From: Escherichia phage vB_EcoM_EP57
Sequence record: OR544956
DNA: 64,000 nucleotides
Direction: 5' to 3' (one strand)
The position numbers and the translations under genes are program-made. Of the stretch, positions 34,665 to 45,105 are shown in pieces. Below the pieces are notes generated by a model. It ran no database searches. It saw nothing but the letters and a program-made list of their open reading frames with translations, and was not told where the DNA came from. Position 1 is the stretch's first letter. Every line of letters begins with the position of its first letter.

Positions 34665-36905
34665 TTGATTCGTTTTGTAACTAAATCTAATGGTAAGACA
34701 GAGGAGTTTAATCCAGAAAAACTTCGCAAGTGGTCTGAATTTGCAGCAGGTAAACTAAACTGGTCTGAAATTGAATTAGAAGCTGTGAAGCGGTGTTATG
34801 ACGGTGTGTCTACACGTGATCTGCATAAAGCAATGATTGCAGCGTGTATTGACAAGAAAACACAAGCTTACAGTGATATGGCAGGAAGACTTCTTCTGGG
34901 TATGATTTACAAACAGGCTCATGGGGGATACCACAGTATCCCTTCACTGAATACCTTTTATCATGATATGGTAGAACGTGGACATTGGGCTAAAATGGAT
35001 TATACTGATGAAGAGATCAAAGAAATAGGTAAGATTGTAAAGCATAATAAAAATCTAACTTATGGTTATTCTGTTTTACGTCAGATGGTAGATAAATATC
35101 TTATTCGAGATGCAGTAAACGATGTGGTGCATGAGTCTCCACAATTTCTTTTCATTGGTATCGCAATGAAGGTTATGGAGATCCAACCAAAAGAACGCCG
35201 TATAGAAGATATTAAAAAACTTTATACTTATGTTAGCGATCTTAAGATTAATCTGCCATCGCCGTATCTGACAACTCTACGAACTCCAATCAAAGGAAGT
35301 GCGTCTTGTTGTTTATTCCGTGCAGACGATACGGCAGAATCTTTAGCCATTGCTAATTACTTAGCTCATGAGTATACGTTGAATAACGCAGGTATTGGTG
35401 TTAATCTTCAAACTCGTGCCACAGGTCAAGGTGTTAAGAATAATCGTATTATTCATGGTGGTCTTCTTCCGTATCTGAAATGGATGGAAGATAGTGTTGG
35501 AGCTTCGAAGCAAGCAAGCCGTGGAGGTAGTGCTACAGTTACCTTCACCATACTTGAACCAGACTTCGACGATCTGATTCGACTGAAGAATCCAACAACA
35601 CCTATAGATAAACGAGTAGACAAACTGGATTATTCTATTGTTGTTAACCGTTCGTTCTTGCGTCGAGCAGCAAAAAACGAAGATTGGATGTTAGTTAGTT
35701 GTGATGATGCTCCTGAACTTTATGAAGCTTTGTATAAAAGTGAAGAAGAGTTTGATGCAGTTTATGACAAAGTAAGCCGTCGTCGCATTAAGAAAAAATT
35801 TGTTAAGGCTCGTGATCTTCTGACAGAGATTATTGTTCAACGTGCAGAAACAGGACGTATTTACATGTTCTTTGCTGACAACGTTAACAACCATACACCT
35901 TTCCTGGATACGGTGTATCAATCAAACCTGTGTCAAGAGATCTTCTTACCAACTAAAGCTTTCCACAGTATGCCGGATCTCTTTACTGGTGAGAATACAG
36001 AAGATCAAGAATTGGCTTTATGCTTCTTATCTTCTATTGTTGCTGGTCGTGTCTTACCTGAAGAATATGAGGATGTTGCATATTACACTGTATTGACAAT
36101 TGACAACGTTATTGAAACAATGGATTATCCATTTAAACATAACGAAATAACTGCTAAAGCACGTAGATCTATTGGTGTAGGTATTACAAACTTAGCGCAT
36201 TATTTGGCAAGTAATTTTGTAAATTATTCAGATGCTTATGCTAAAAAATTAATGCATGAACTTGCAGAACGTCATTACTTTTGGTTGGCAAAAGCCTCTC
36301 TGCGTCTGGCTAAGGAAAAAGGTAATGCAGAATGGATCGATAAGACCAAATGGCCTCAAGGTTGGCTACCAATTGACACTTATGCTAAAACAGTAGATAG
36401 TATCGGTAATTTTGATCTTAAAATGGACTGGGAAGGCTTACGTGCTGAAATCATTGAACAAGGTGGTATCCGTAACAGTGTCTTGGCTGCTATTGCACCT
36501 AATGAGTCCAGCAGTTTGGTAAGCAATACTACTAACTCTCTGTACCCTGTTCGTGATACTATTATGTATAAACAAAGTCAGAAAGGTAGCGTATTATTTA
36601 TTGTTCCAGATTACGAAAAACTGAAAATGTTCTACCAATCCGCCTGGGATACTCCGGCTAAAGACCTTGCAGAAATGTATGGTATCTTTACCAAGTTTAC
36701 GGACCAAGGAATTTCTTGTGATTCTTGGTTAGATTATTCTAAATTGGTAGGGGGACGTTTATCAGTTAAAGAAGAGATGAAATTTATTTTGAACTTTGCT
36801 AGACTGGGTGGTAAGTCATTGTATTACCTTAATAGTAGAACAAAATCAGCAGATTCTTTAGCACAAGAAGATTCTGATGGTGGTTGTGAAGCTTGCAAGA
36901 TGTGA
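34665..36905 (+). CDS. nrdA: ribonucleoside-diphosphate reductase large subunit
   Basis: 746 aa; N-terminal ATP-cone (VTKSNGKTEEFNPEKLRKW); TTG start after GGGAGGAG; followed by nrdB. Confidence 0.8.
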   Translation: MIRFVTKSNGKTEEFNPEKLRKWSEFAAGKLNWSEIELEAVKRCYDGVSTRDLHKAMIAACIDKKTQAYSDMAGRLLLGMIYKQAHGGYHSIPSLNTFYHDMVERGHWAKMDYTDEEIKEIGKIVKHNKNLTYGYSVLRQMVDKYLIRDAVNDVVHESPQFLFIGIAMKVMEIQPKERRIEDIKKLYTYVSDLKINLPSPYLTTLRTPIKGSASCCLFRADDTAESLAIANYLAHEYTLNNAGIGVNLQTRATGQGVKNNRIIHGGLLPYLKWMEDSVGASKQASRGGSATVTFTILEPDFDDLIRLKNPTTPIDKRVDKLDYSIVVNRSFLRRAAKNEDWMLVSCDDAPELYEALYKSEEEFDAVYDKVSRRRIKKKFVKARDLLTEIIVQRAETGRIYMFFADNVNNHTPFLDTVYQSNLCQEIFLPTKAFHSMPDLFTGENTEDQELALCFLSSIVAGRVLPEEYEDVAYYTVLTIDNVIETMDYPFKHNEITAKARRSIGVGITNLAHYLASNFVNYSDAYAKKLMHELAERHYFWLAKASLRLAKEKGNAEWIDKTKWPQGWLPIDTYAKTVDSIGNFDLKMDWEGLRAEIIEQGGIRNSVLAAIAPNESSSLVSNTTNSLYPVRDTIMYKQSQKGSVLFIVPDYEKLKMFYQSAWDTPAKDLAEMYGIFTKFTDQGISCDSWLDYSKLVGGRLSVKEEMKFILNFARLGGKSLYYLNSRTKSADSLAQEDSDGGCEACKM

Positions 36906-36913
36906 TGAAACTA

Positions 36914-36935
36914 GGGGCTTCGGCCCCTTTTTATT
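36914..36935 (+). terminator. stem-loop GGGGCTTCGGCCCC plus T-run
   Basis: GGGGC-TTCG-GCCCC then TTTTTATT. Confidence 0.5.
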
Positions 36936-36949
36936 GAGGAGAATTTTAA

Positions 36950-38035
36950 ATGGCAGCAATTAATTTACACAATGAAGTTTACAAAACAGGAAAATATCCA
37001 GTATTTTTGGGGGAGCAATTAGGGATCTTTGATTCTGTTAACGTAACTTATCCAGAAATGCACAAACTCTACAAACTTCAAAAAGCACAAGATTGGGATG
37101 AAAACGAAGTTAATCTGGATCAGACACGTAAAGATTTCGTAGCTTGTTCTAAAAACAACTATGATGTTATGATTAAAAACTTATCGTTCCAATGGGAAAA
37201 TGATTCTCTTGCAAAATCAATCATCACTTTGTTCTCTCCATTCTTGAGTAACAATGAAGCCTGTGCTATGATGATGAAGCAGAGTGAAATGGAAGTTCTC
37301 CATGCGTTAACGTATTCTGAAATAATCCGTCAATGTACTCCAGATCCAATTGAAGTCATCAATCAGATTATGATTAATGATAAAATTTTCAATCGTATGG
37401 GTATCATTGCTGATATCATGGGTCAGTTGGAAGAAGCTGGTCATAAGTATGCTCTAGGATTGATTGAAGCTAACGATGAACTTCGCTTGCTGATTCTTAA
37501 AGGGATGGTAGCCCTGATTGGATTAGAAGGTATTCAGTTTATATCTTCCTTCTCTGCTACTTTTGCTATGGCAGAACAACAATTGTTTGTTGGGGCTTGT
37601 AAACTGATCCAGAAAATTATGCTAGATGAAATCTTGCATGTTAAGATGGACTATGCTGTAATTGATGCATTGATGCATGACCCAATTTGGCGTAAAATTT
37701 ACGAAGATAATATTGAAGAGTTGACTTTGATCCTCGACACTGTTGTTGAACAAGAGGAACAGTGGTGTGACTACCTGTTTAGTGAAGGTCGTTTTATTGT
37801 AGGTCTTAACGCCGAATTGTCTAAACAGTGGGTTTATTTCAATGCTGCTCCTATTTATCGTCGATTGAAAATGAAAGCCAAGTTTAAAGCACCTAAACAT
37901 AGTCCTTTAGCTTGGATGGAAAAATGGTTGAATCCTGATTTGATTCAGTCAGCAGCCCAAGAGATTCAGTTAACTAATTACAAATTGAATTCAGCTAACA
38001 AAGATCTCTCTGATGATGAGGAGCTTGACTTCTAA
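36950..38035 (+). CDS. nrdB: ribonucleoside-diphosphate reductase small subunit
   Basis: 361-aa ORF directly after nrdA, RBS and ATG; size typical of class I R2. Confidence 0.7.
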   Translation: MAAINLHNEVYKTGKYPVFLGEQLGIFDSVNVTYPEMHKLYKLQKAQDWDENEVNLDQTRKDFVACSKNNYDVMIKNLSFQWENDSLAKSIITLFSPFLSNNEACAMMMKQSEMEVLHALTYSEIIRQCTPDPIEVINQIMINDKIFNRMGIIADIMGQLEEAGHKYALGLIEANDELRLLILKGMVALIGLEGIQFISSFSATFAMAEQQLFVGACKLIQKIMLDEILHVKMDYAVIDALMHDPIWRKIYEDNIEELTLILDTVVEQEEQWCDYLFSEGRFIVGLNAELSKQWVYFNAAPIYRRLKMKAKFKAPKHSPLAWMEKWLNPDLIQSAAQEIQLTNYKLNSANKDLSDDEELDF

Positions 38036-38244
38036 TGATTTTGAGATGTGTTGGTATAATCGACACATTCAAAGACGTTTTTGACAAAGGGGCTTCTTAT
38101 GAAGCCTCCGAAATGAAGAATGGTTTTTGTGATGTATTCGGTAAACGCCCGAAGAAAAACGGCGATCCTTGGCTAGGAGTTATGTCTTGTGGTCATATTA
38201 TTGTAAATGGTGTTGCCAAGTTTGAAATAATTAAGGAGGAATAA
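38035..38244 (+). CDS. hypothetical small protein
   Basis: 69 aa, ATGA overlap with nrdB stop. Confidence 0.35.
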   Translation: MILRCVGIIDTFKDVFDKGASYEASEMKNGFCDVFGKRPKKNGDPWLGVMSCGHIIVNGVAKFEIIKEE

Positions 38245-38537
38245 TGGCTGAAAAACTTATTTTTTGTCCTGTGTGCGGTGGGACTGGACAGATGGAAGTG
38301 GAAATTATGGTAACATTTCCTTGCCTGAATTGTCATGGTGAAGGACGAGTAGTAATCTTTGAAAAAGAAGAGGTGGAAGATGGAGAAGAGTATGTCCGTA
38401 TTCCACGAGAATTAACAGATCACATTGCAGAAGCAATAGCTTTCGAAGCTAGATGTTGTGGAGGCATTGCTTACGATATTTATGAAGCAATTATTAAAGC
38501 TGCTCAAGAAGAGGAGGAGATGAAAAATGGGTATTGA
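38244..38537 (+). CDS. hypothetical zinc-ribbon protein
   Basis: CPVCGGTG...CLNCHGEG; acidic C-terminus. Confidence 0.4.
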   Translation: MAEKLIFCPVCGGTGQMEVEIMVTFPCLNCHGEGRVVIFEKEEVEDGEEYVRIPRELTDHIAEAIAFEARCCGGIAYDIYEAIIKAAQEEEEMKNGY

Positions 38538-38853
38538 TATCGAATGGCGTATGTTACAGGGTGCACCTTTTAATAAGTGGGAAGAGGCTGTAGGAGAAGA
38601 TCCTAGAATTGAAGAAGAATTTGACGGAGATTTTAACTGGTTCTTACAAGAAGGTCTGGACTTAAGCCGCATCTCTCCTTTCTACGATGCGGATGAGTCT
38701 TATTGCATATATGGCCTTGATTTAGAAGGCGGAGAGGGAAGCATAGCTGTAGATCTTGAGCAATTGAATGAGAATGCAAAAGAAGCCTATGCAAAGCTAC
38801 TTGAAAAATATAACATTAAAACGGAAACTATTATTTCTCAACATGTTTGGTAA
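38527..38853 (+). CDS. hypothetical acidic protein
   Basis: 108-aa ORF, coupled to neighbours. Confidence 0.35.
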   Translation: MGIDIEWRMLQGAPFNKWEEAVGEDPRIEEEFDGDFNWFLQEGLDLSRISPFYDADESYCIYGLDLEGGEGSIAVDLEQLNENAKEAYAKLLEKYNIKTETIISQHVW

Positions 38854-38862
38854 GGAGAACTG

Positions 38863-39855
38863 ATGCGCTATCTGGTAACAGGTGGTCTTGGTTTTATTGG
38901 GAGTGCCGTGGTGCGCTCTCTTTGTCAAGATCCTAATAACGAAGTTTTTGTCGTTGATAAGATGGGCTATGCAGCAGATATTGAGAATGTAGGCGATATC
39001 ACTCACGTTAAACTAAGCATAACAGATTTGGCAAACGAAACCCAGGTCAAAAGTTTAGTAGTAGAGTGCAATCCTGACTTCATCATTCACTTAGCGGCAG
39101 AAAGTCATGTGGATAATTCTATCAAGAATCCACGAGTTTTCATCGACTCCAATATTATCGGTACATACAATTTATTGGAAGCTGCAAGGCTCCTCCCAAA
39201 AAATAAACTGAAGATGTTCGTACACGTCTCCACAGACGAAGTGTACGGCGATATGGCAGACTCTGGCGTTCCCTTTACCGAAAAGACAGCTTATGCCCCT
39301 TCAAGCCCGTACAGTGCGTCTAAGGCAGCATCTGACCATCTTGTGAAAGCTTGGCACCGCACCTACGATTTGCCTGTTGTGATAACCAACTGCTCCAATA
39401 ACTTTGGGCCTTATCAACATCCAGAAAAGCTGATCCCAAAAATCATCACAAGTATCTTGACGAATAAAGAGATTCCGGTGTATGGTAAAGGCGACCAGGT
39501 GCGAGACTGGCTTTTTGTTGAGGATCATGCGCGAGCTATTCTTCAAGTGGCAACAGGTGGAGAACCAGGTCAAACGTATAATGTTGGAACACGTAATCCC
39601 AAAACCAATATGGAGATCATCTATATGGTTTGTGACTATATGGATACTGTACATCCAGAAGCAGTAACCTACCCTTCTTCCAACTTGATAACTTTTGTTG
39701 AAGATCGTAAAGGACATGACTTGCGTTATGAAATCAATCCTTCTAAGATAGAGTCTGAACTGGGCTGGAGTGCAAACTCTACATTTGAACAAGATCTCTA
39801 CTCAACGATTGAATGGTACTTAAACAACCCTCAATGGTGGAGTGAGAAAATTTAA
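38863..39855 (+). CDS. rmlB: dTDP-glucose 4,6-dehydratase
   Basis: [17 protein letters not shown] Rossmann motif; catalytic [15 protein letters not shown] (YxxxK); 330 aa. Confidence 0.9.
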   Translation: MRYLVTGGLGFIGSAVVRSLCQDPNNEVFVVDKMGYAADIENVGDITHVKLSITDLANETQVKSLVVECNPDFIIHLAAESHVDNSIKNPRVFIDSNIIGTYNLLEAARLLPKNKLKMFVHVSTDEVYGDMADSGVPFTEKTAYAPSSPYSASKAASDHLVKAWHRTYDLPVVITNCSNNFGPYQHPEKLIPKIITSILTNKEIPVYGKGDQVRDWLFVEDHARAILQVATGGEPGQTYNVGTRNPKTNMEIIYMVCDYMDTVHPEAVTYPSSNLITFVEDRKGHDLRYEINPSKIESELGWSANSTFEQDLYSTIEWYLNNPQWWSEKI

Positions 39856-39863
39856 GGAGGGTT

Positions 39864-40742
39864 ATGAAAGGTATTATTTTGGCGGGAGGAAGTGGAACCC
39901 GCCTTCATCCGGTAACACGCAGTGTGAGCAAGCAATTGCTCCCTGTGTATGACAAACCCATGATCTACTACCCTTTATCGGTATTGATGTTGGCTGACAT
40001 TAAGGATATTTTAATCATCACCACACCAGGTGATCAGGAAGACTTTGAGTATCTTCTCGGAGATGGGTCTATGTTTGGGATAAAACTCACTTACGCAATC
40101 CAATCCGAGCCACGAGGTCTTGCGGAAGCTTTCATCATAGGTAAAGATTTTATCGGAGAAGACTCTGTTGCTCTTATTTTAGGTGACAACCTATTCTTCG
40201 GACAAAGCTTTGGTAAACTACTGATTAACGCTAGTGAGATGGTAGATGTTTGGGGTGGAGCTTGTATCTTCGGGTATTTGGTGAAAGATCCTGAACGATT
40301 CGGTGTGGTTGAATTTGGGAGTAATCGTCAAGCTATTTCTATTGAAGAGAAACCTGAAAATCCTAAATCAGATTATGCTGTCACAGGTTTGTATTTCTAT
40401 GATAACTCTGTTATTCAACGTGCATTAGAAGTAACCCCTTCCGCGCGTGGAGAACTGGAGATCACTGATATCAATCGCAGCTACCTAGAAGACAGCAAGT
40501 TACAAGTGGAAGTTCTCGGACGAGGATTTACTTGGCTTGACACAGGAACACACGCCAGTCTGATGGAAGCTGGTCAATTCGTGCAGACTATTGAGAACCG
40601 TCAAGGATTGAAGATTGCGTGCCTGGAAGAAATTGCTTTCAAAAAAGGGTGGATTTCTTTAGAGACTTTGGTGTATCATGGAAACTCACTGAAGAAAACA
40701 GAGTACGGGCAATACCTACTCAAATTAGCGGAGAGAAAATGA
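39864..40742 (+). CDS. rmlA: glucose-1-phosphate thymidylyltransferase
   Basis: [39 protein letters not shown] signature; 292 aa. Confidence 0.9.
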   Translation: MKGIILAGGSGTRLHPVTRSVSKQLLPVYDKPMIYYPLSVLMLADIKDILIITTPGDQEDFEYLLGDGSMFGIKLTYAIQSEPRGLAEAFIIGKDFIGEDSVALILGDNLFFGQSFGKLLINASEMVDVWGGACIFGYLVKDPERFGVVEFGSNRQAISIEEKPENPKSDYAVTGLYFYDNSVIQRALEVTPSARGELEITDINRSYLEDSKLQVEVLGRGFTWLDTGTHASLMEAGQFVQTIENRQGLKIACLEEIAFKKGWISLETLVYHGNSLKKTEYGQYLLKLAERK

Positions 40743-41305
40743 AAGTAGAAAAAACAAAAATTGAAGGTGCGGTAATTATCAAACCAGACGTTTATAAAGA
40801 TGATCGTGGTTTCTTTCTAGAAACATATAATGAACAAAAATACGAAGATATTATTGGTAGACAAACTTTCGTTCAAGATAACATGTCTAAATCAAACTTC
40901 GGTGTTTTGCGAGGAATGCACTTTCAAACAAATAACCCGCAAGGTAAGCTTGTTCGTTGTGTAAGTGGGGAAGTATTGGATTTCGCTGTAGATTTACGTA
41001 AAGATAGTCCAACTTACGGTGCTTGGGACGGTGTTGTTCTTCGTGCACGACACCATACGCAGTTTTGGCTTCCACCTGGTTTGGCACATGGTTTTATAGT
41101 TTTGAGTATGGATGCGATCTTTGAATACAAATGCACAACTCCATACGACCCTTCTAGTGAACAAAGTTTACGTTGGGATGATCCTGATATAGGGATCGAT
41201 TGGGGCTTCGATATGATTTTTGACGAAGGTTTTAAACCTATTCTATCAACAAAAGATGCAATGGCTAAATCTTTTCAACAGTTACGTAGCGAGGGTGTAT
41301 GCTAA
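40739..41305 (+). CDS. rmlC: dTDP-4-dehydrorhamnose 3,5-epimerase
   Basis: ATG at 40739 overlaps rmlA stop (ATGA); cupin with RGMHFQ motif; 188 aa (track start 40619 is an upstream alternative start inside rmlA). Confidence 0.8.
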   Translation: MKVEKTKIEGAVIIKPDVYKDDRGFFLETYNEQKYEDIIGRQTFVQDNMSKSNFGVLRGMHFQTNNPQGKLVRCVSGEVLDFAVDLRKDSPTYGAWDGVVLRARHHTQFWLPPGLAHGFIVLSMDAIFEYKCTTPYDPSSEQSLRWDDPDIGIDWGFDMIFDEGFKPILSTKDAMAKSFQQLRSEGVC

Positions 41306-42141
41306 CATATCTGGTATTGGGCGGTAATGGACAACTGGGACAAGCTTTACGTAAAGTGGCTCCTTCAAATGTATCTTTAATTTATCCTAAAGAACGTGTA
41401 GATATTACAAATTTTGAAGCTGTGCGAAACGCTATTATTGAAGATTATGTAGATGGTGTTATTAATTGCGCCGCTTATACGGCTGTAGATAAAGCAGAAC
41501 ATGATTTTGCTACTGCTTTGGCTGTTAATGCGTATGGACCTGCAAATATTGCGGCAGTGTGCAGCAAACTTAAAATTGATTTTGTGCATATTTCTACAGA
41601 CTATATTTTTAATTATTCTCATCCTATTTTTGAAGATACTACACCTAACCCAATAAACAATTATGGGTATACGAAAGAACTTGGTGAAAAAATGGTGCGA
41701 GGAGTTAACCCAAATGCATATATTATTCGAACAGCCTCGGTATATAGCGAATTTGGAAATAACTTTCTAAAAACCATGTTGTCTCGCTATAATGATGGAC
41801 AACGTGATTTTATTATTGTTGCTGATCAGTTCTCTTGTCCAACATATGCTCCAGATTTAGCAGAAGCTATTTTTGAAGTATTAAAAACAGGTTGGTCAAG
41901 GTCTGTTAAGACTTACCATTTTGCAGGAAGCCATCTTATTTCTTGGGCGGAGTTTGCGGAAAAAATCTTGACACAGATGCCAGAACCTGTTAAGATATCG
42001 GCGGTATCAGCTTCAACCTATAATGCTCCAGCAGCACGTCCGGTGAAGTCACAACTAGTAACCAGTCACTATCTTACAAAATCAGATTTAAATAAAGGTA
42101 TTGAACAGTCTTTAGCAGTATTACTTAATAAGGAGAGGTAA
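41299..42141 (+). CDS. rmlD: dTDP-4-dehydrorhamnose reductase
   Basis: N-terminal LVLGGNGQLG; YGYTK (YxxxK); 280 aa; overlaps rmlC stop. Confidence 0.7.
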   Translation: MLTYLVLGGNGQLGQALRKVAPSNVSLIYPKERVDITNFEAVRNAIIEDYVDGVINCAAYTAVDKAEHDFATALAVNAYGPANIAAVCSKLKIDFVHISTDYIFNYSHPIFEDTTPNPINNYGYTKELGEKMVRGVNPNAYIIRTASVYSEFGNNFLKTMLSRYNDGQRDFIIVADQFSCPTYAPDLAEAIFEVLKTGWSRSVKTYHFAGSHLISWAEFAEKILTQMPEPVKISAVSASTYNAPAARPVKSQLVTSHYLTKSDLNKGIEQSLAVLLNKER

Positions 42142-42401
42142 TGGAATTTGTAATTTTTGGTAAACCTAACTGTCAATTTTGCGAAATGTCAAAACAACTA
42201 TTAACCATGCGCAATAAACAGTTTGAATATTTAAGTCTTGATCAAGACTATGATTTAGAATCAATGACTAAAACAGTTGTTGATCTTACCGGAGTTCCTC
42301 CACGCACATTTCCACAAATTCTGTCCGAAGTGAACGGGGAGGTAACATACGTAGGCGGTTTTACCGAACTGCGTGATCTCATGGCTCAAATTGCGGAGTA
42401 A
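42141..42401 (+). CDS. glutaredoxin / NrdH-like redoxin
   Basis: 86 aa with N-terminal CQFC (CxxC); TAATG coupling to rmlD. Confidence 0.6.
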   Translation: MEFVIFGKPNCQFCEMSKQLLTMRNKQFEYLSLDQDYDLESMTKTVVDLTGVPPRTFPQILSEVNGEVTYVGGFTELRDLMAQIAE

Positions 42402-42563
42402 CAATTATGAAAAGTAAACAGAAACGTAAGATCTTTTCTCGTGCTTTGGCAAATGAGCTGAAGTCCAACATAAAGAAAACGAAACCAAAACGTGAAACTT
42501 CTCCAGAACATCTGTTGTTTAACGAGTTGGATCACGGAGTAGGAGACGACGAATAGGAAGTAA

Positions 42564-43064
42564 ATGGCTAAAGTAGTAGATGAGTTTGATATGCTACGAG
42601 TCGATGAAGGACTGAAGCTTACTGTTTATCAAGACCATCTTGGTTATTGGACAGTCGGCATAGGACACCTTCTGACTAAAATAAAAGATAAAGCAAAGGC
42701 TATTCAAATCTTAGATAATCTTCTTGGTCGTAAGACTAATGGAGTTATCACAGAAAAAGAAGCCCGTCAAATCTTTGCTGATGATGTTGCAAAAGTGAAG
42801 AGAGACATAAAAAACAGTGCTATCTTATCACCAATCTATGATAAGGTTAGTGATACTCGTAAATTGGGAATAATCAACATGGTTTTCCAGTTGGGGTTAA
42901 AAGGTGCTGAAGGGTTTCAAAATAGCTTGACTTTAATCAGCAATGCATATTATACTCAAGCAGGTAAAAACATGCGTAAAAGCCGATGGTATAGCCAGAC
43001 GCCAAACCGTGCTGAACGAGTAATTAAAGTTCTGACTTCTGGAACTTTAGATGCTTACAACTAA
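42564..43064 (+). CDS. T4-type lysozyme (endolysin)
   Basis: MLRVDEGLKL...YQDHLGYWTVGIGHLLTK with catalytic Glu/Asp/Thr; SRWYSQTPNRAERVI matches T4 gene e lysozyme as recalled. Confidence 0.85.
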   Translation: MAKVVDEFDMLRVDEGLKLTVYQDHLGYWTVGIGHLLTKIKDKAKAIQILDNLLGRKTNGVITEKEARQIFADDVAKVKRDIKNSAILSPIYDKVSDTRKLGIINMVFQLGLKGAEGFQNSLTLISNAYYTQAGKNMRKSRWYSQTPNRAERVIKVLTSGTLDAYN

Positions 43065-43860
43065 TAAAGGGGCTTCGGCCCCTTCTAAAAGGAGTGCTAC
43101 TATGGGAAATAAAACCGCAGCTAAAACACAACGGCAGAAACTGGCTAATTCAGCAAAGATTGAAAGCCGTTATGCAGCAAAAGCGGTAGGTAATGACGAT
43201 TACCGTTTAGATGAATTTATGCCTGAAGGGGACCAAAATAAGATTGTTCAAAGCATGATTTGGAATGATCTGACTGTTGTAAATGCTCCGGCAGGGACTG
43301 GTAAAACCTCTGTTGCTTTATGGAAAGCTTTGCAGATGCTTCGTTCAGGAGACTTCCGTAAACTACTTTTTATCAAGAACCCTACTGAAGTCGGAGATGA
43401 CCAGATTGGTTTCTTGTCTGGAGATAAAACAGATAAACTAGCAGCACACTATGAATCTACAAAACGTATTTTCCAGCAATTCATGACAGCCAACAAATTG
43501 GAAAACGACATTGGATCAGGTAAGATCGAATTGAATATTCCTAACTATTTGTTGGGGGCCACCCTGGATAATACAATCGTCATTATTGACGAAGCACAAC
43601 TTATGTCAACAGAAACACTTAAACTTCTTATTGAACGTGCAGGTATTAATACGCATGTTATTGTATTAGGCGATGTTCGCCAGACATATGCAATTAAAAA
43701 ACGTAGCAATGGTCTGCATCAAATTTTGGAACTTTTATATCCAGAAAATGAAGAAGGTGTTCGTGAGCCAATTGTAGATTTTATTGGATACGTTGAACTG
43801 ACAACGGACGATAATAAACGTGGACGTTTGTCTAAACTGATTACTGAAGTGTTTATTTAA
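43051..43860 (+). CDS. phoH: PhoH-like ATPase
   Basis: Walker A NAPAGTGKTS; IIDEAQ Walker B; 269 aa. Confidence 0.75.
   Translation: MLTTNKGASAPSKRSATMGNKTAAKTQRQKLANSAKIESRYAAKAVGNDDYRLDEFMPEGDQNKIVQSMIWNDLTVVNAPAGTGKTSVALWKALQMLRSGDFRKLLFIKNPTEVGDDQIGFLSGDKTDKLAAHYESTKRIFQQFMTANKLENDIGSGKIELNIPNYLLGATLDNTIVIIDEAQLMSTETLKLLIERAGINTHVIVLGDVRQTYAIKKRSNGLHQILELLYPENEEGVREPIVDFIGYVELTTDDNKRGRLSKLITEVFI
43068..43082 (+). terminator. GGGGCTTCGGCCCC stem-loop without a clear T-run
   Basis: same hairpin as at 36914 and 54099, followed only by TT. Confidence 0.25.
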
Positions 43861-43895
43861 TAACATGGCAGGGAAGCCATTTATAAGGAGGATTG

Positions 43896-44396
43896 ATGGG
43901 TGTAGCAACAATAGCTATCGGAAGAAGCGGTATAGATGAGTGCTATCAAACGGGACTCGTAAAACCTAACGAATTTCGTCAAATTTGTGTAAACCATATT
44001 GAAAAAGAGATTGCTCTTACTTTAGAGAATATGACCCTCCGAGATAAACTGGAAATGTTTAAATGTTGGTGTCTAGGAGAAGATTGGCTTTTAAACCATT
44101 TTCAAGAACTTTCTGATAGTAAAGAAAGCTTGTTTGATTGTATAATAGGAATAGCTGGCTCCGATCCTAGCCTTCTGCACATAACAGAAGAAGAGGCGAA
44201 GTTACTGTTCTTAAGTAATTTGTTTAATAAGAAAGCACTGCTTGTTCGTGATTGCAGTGATCTTCTTAATAACCCGCTCGCAACGTCTGATCAAATTTTT
44301 GTTGACAAAGAGACACTACGTGCGATAGAATACATCTGCAAATATGTGAATGGTGGGAAAGCGGTTCTTAAAACATTAACAGAGGAGGAAGAATAG
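43896..44396 (+). CDS. hypothetical protein
   Basis: ATG at 43896 after AGGAGG. Confidence 0.4.
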   Translation: MGVATIAIGRSGIDECYQTGLVKPNEFRQICVNHIEKEIALTLENMTLRDKLEMFKCWCLGEDWLLNHFQELSDSKESLFDCIIGIAGSDPSLLHITEEEAKLLFLSNLFNKKALLVRDCSDLLNNPLATSDQIFVDKETLRAIEYICKYVNGGKAVLKTLTEEEE

Positions 44397-44998
44397 TGAC
44401 GACAATTATTGCAACCAAAAATAAGATTTTGAGTGATGGTAAGGTAACTTTTGGTGGACGTGTAGATTCTATTAATTTCAAAAAGGTCCGAAAAATTGGA
44501 GATTACCTTGTGGGTGGTGCTGGTCGTCTGACCTCCGTGCTTTCTTTCTTTCAATGGTTTGAACAAAATCTACAGTGCGAAGCAGCACGTGATGCTGTCC
44601 CTGGTTTGATGATTCACTCTGATCCAGATAAAGAAGATGAAGAGTTTATTGCACTTGTTGTTCATCCAGACGGACGTATTTTCCTGCACGAAGGTAACAA
44701 CCCAACACGTGCATATCCGATTGATGAAGAATATTATGCGGTAGGAAGTGGGTCAGACTTTGCTTTAGCTGCTCTTGATGCAGGGGCAACACCAGAACAG
44801 GCTATGGAAGTAGCTAAAAAGCGAGATGCTTTTTCTGGTGGTGAAACATTTATTGAAGAACAAGACGAGATTATTGAATTAACAGACGATGATTTAGAAA
44901 ACTTCTCCAAAGAAGAATTGATCAATCTTTTGAAATTCGGTAATCCCTACGGTGAAGAAGAACCTCGTAACGTGGCAGGGTTGCAGAAAACAACTTGA
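44396..44998 (+). CDS. HslV-like (proteasome beta-type) peptidase
   Basis: N-terminus MTTIIATKNK...GGRVDS...KVRKIGDYLVGGAGR parallels HslV with Thr nucleophile after Met; 200 aa. Confidence 0.55.
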   Translation: MTTIIATKNKILSDGKVTFGGRVDSINFKKVRKIGDYLVGGAGRLTSVLSFFQWFEQNLQCEAARDAVPGLMIHSDPDKEDEEFIALVVHPDGRIFLHEGNNPTRAYPIDEEYYAVGSGSDFALAALDAGATPEQAMEVAKKRDAFSGGETFIEEQDEIIELTDDDLENFSKEELINLLKFGNPYGEEEPRNVAGLQKTT

Positions 44999-45066
44999 CT
45001 TCTAAATCTGAAAATATTAATCTCGTAAATGTGGCGGATTTCGAAGGAACCGCTATTTAACAAACT

Positions 45067-45087
45067 GCCCCTTCGGGGGCATTTCTT
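45067..45087 (+). terminator. stem-loop GCCCC-TTCG-GGGGC with weak T-tract
   Basis: hairpin followed by ATTTCTT. Confidence 0.3.
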
Positions 45088-45105
45088 AAACATAGGAGAT
45101 TAATA

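Noticed and set aside
40619-40738. Upstream extension of rmlC given by the track (228 aa)
   Set aside because: The extension lies inside the 3' end of rmlA in another frame; the ATG at 40739 overlapping the rmlA stop gives a 188-aa product of normal length.
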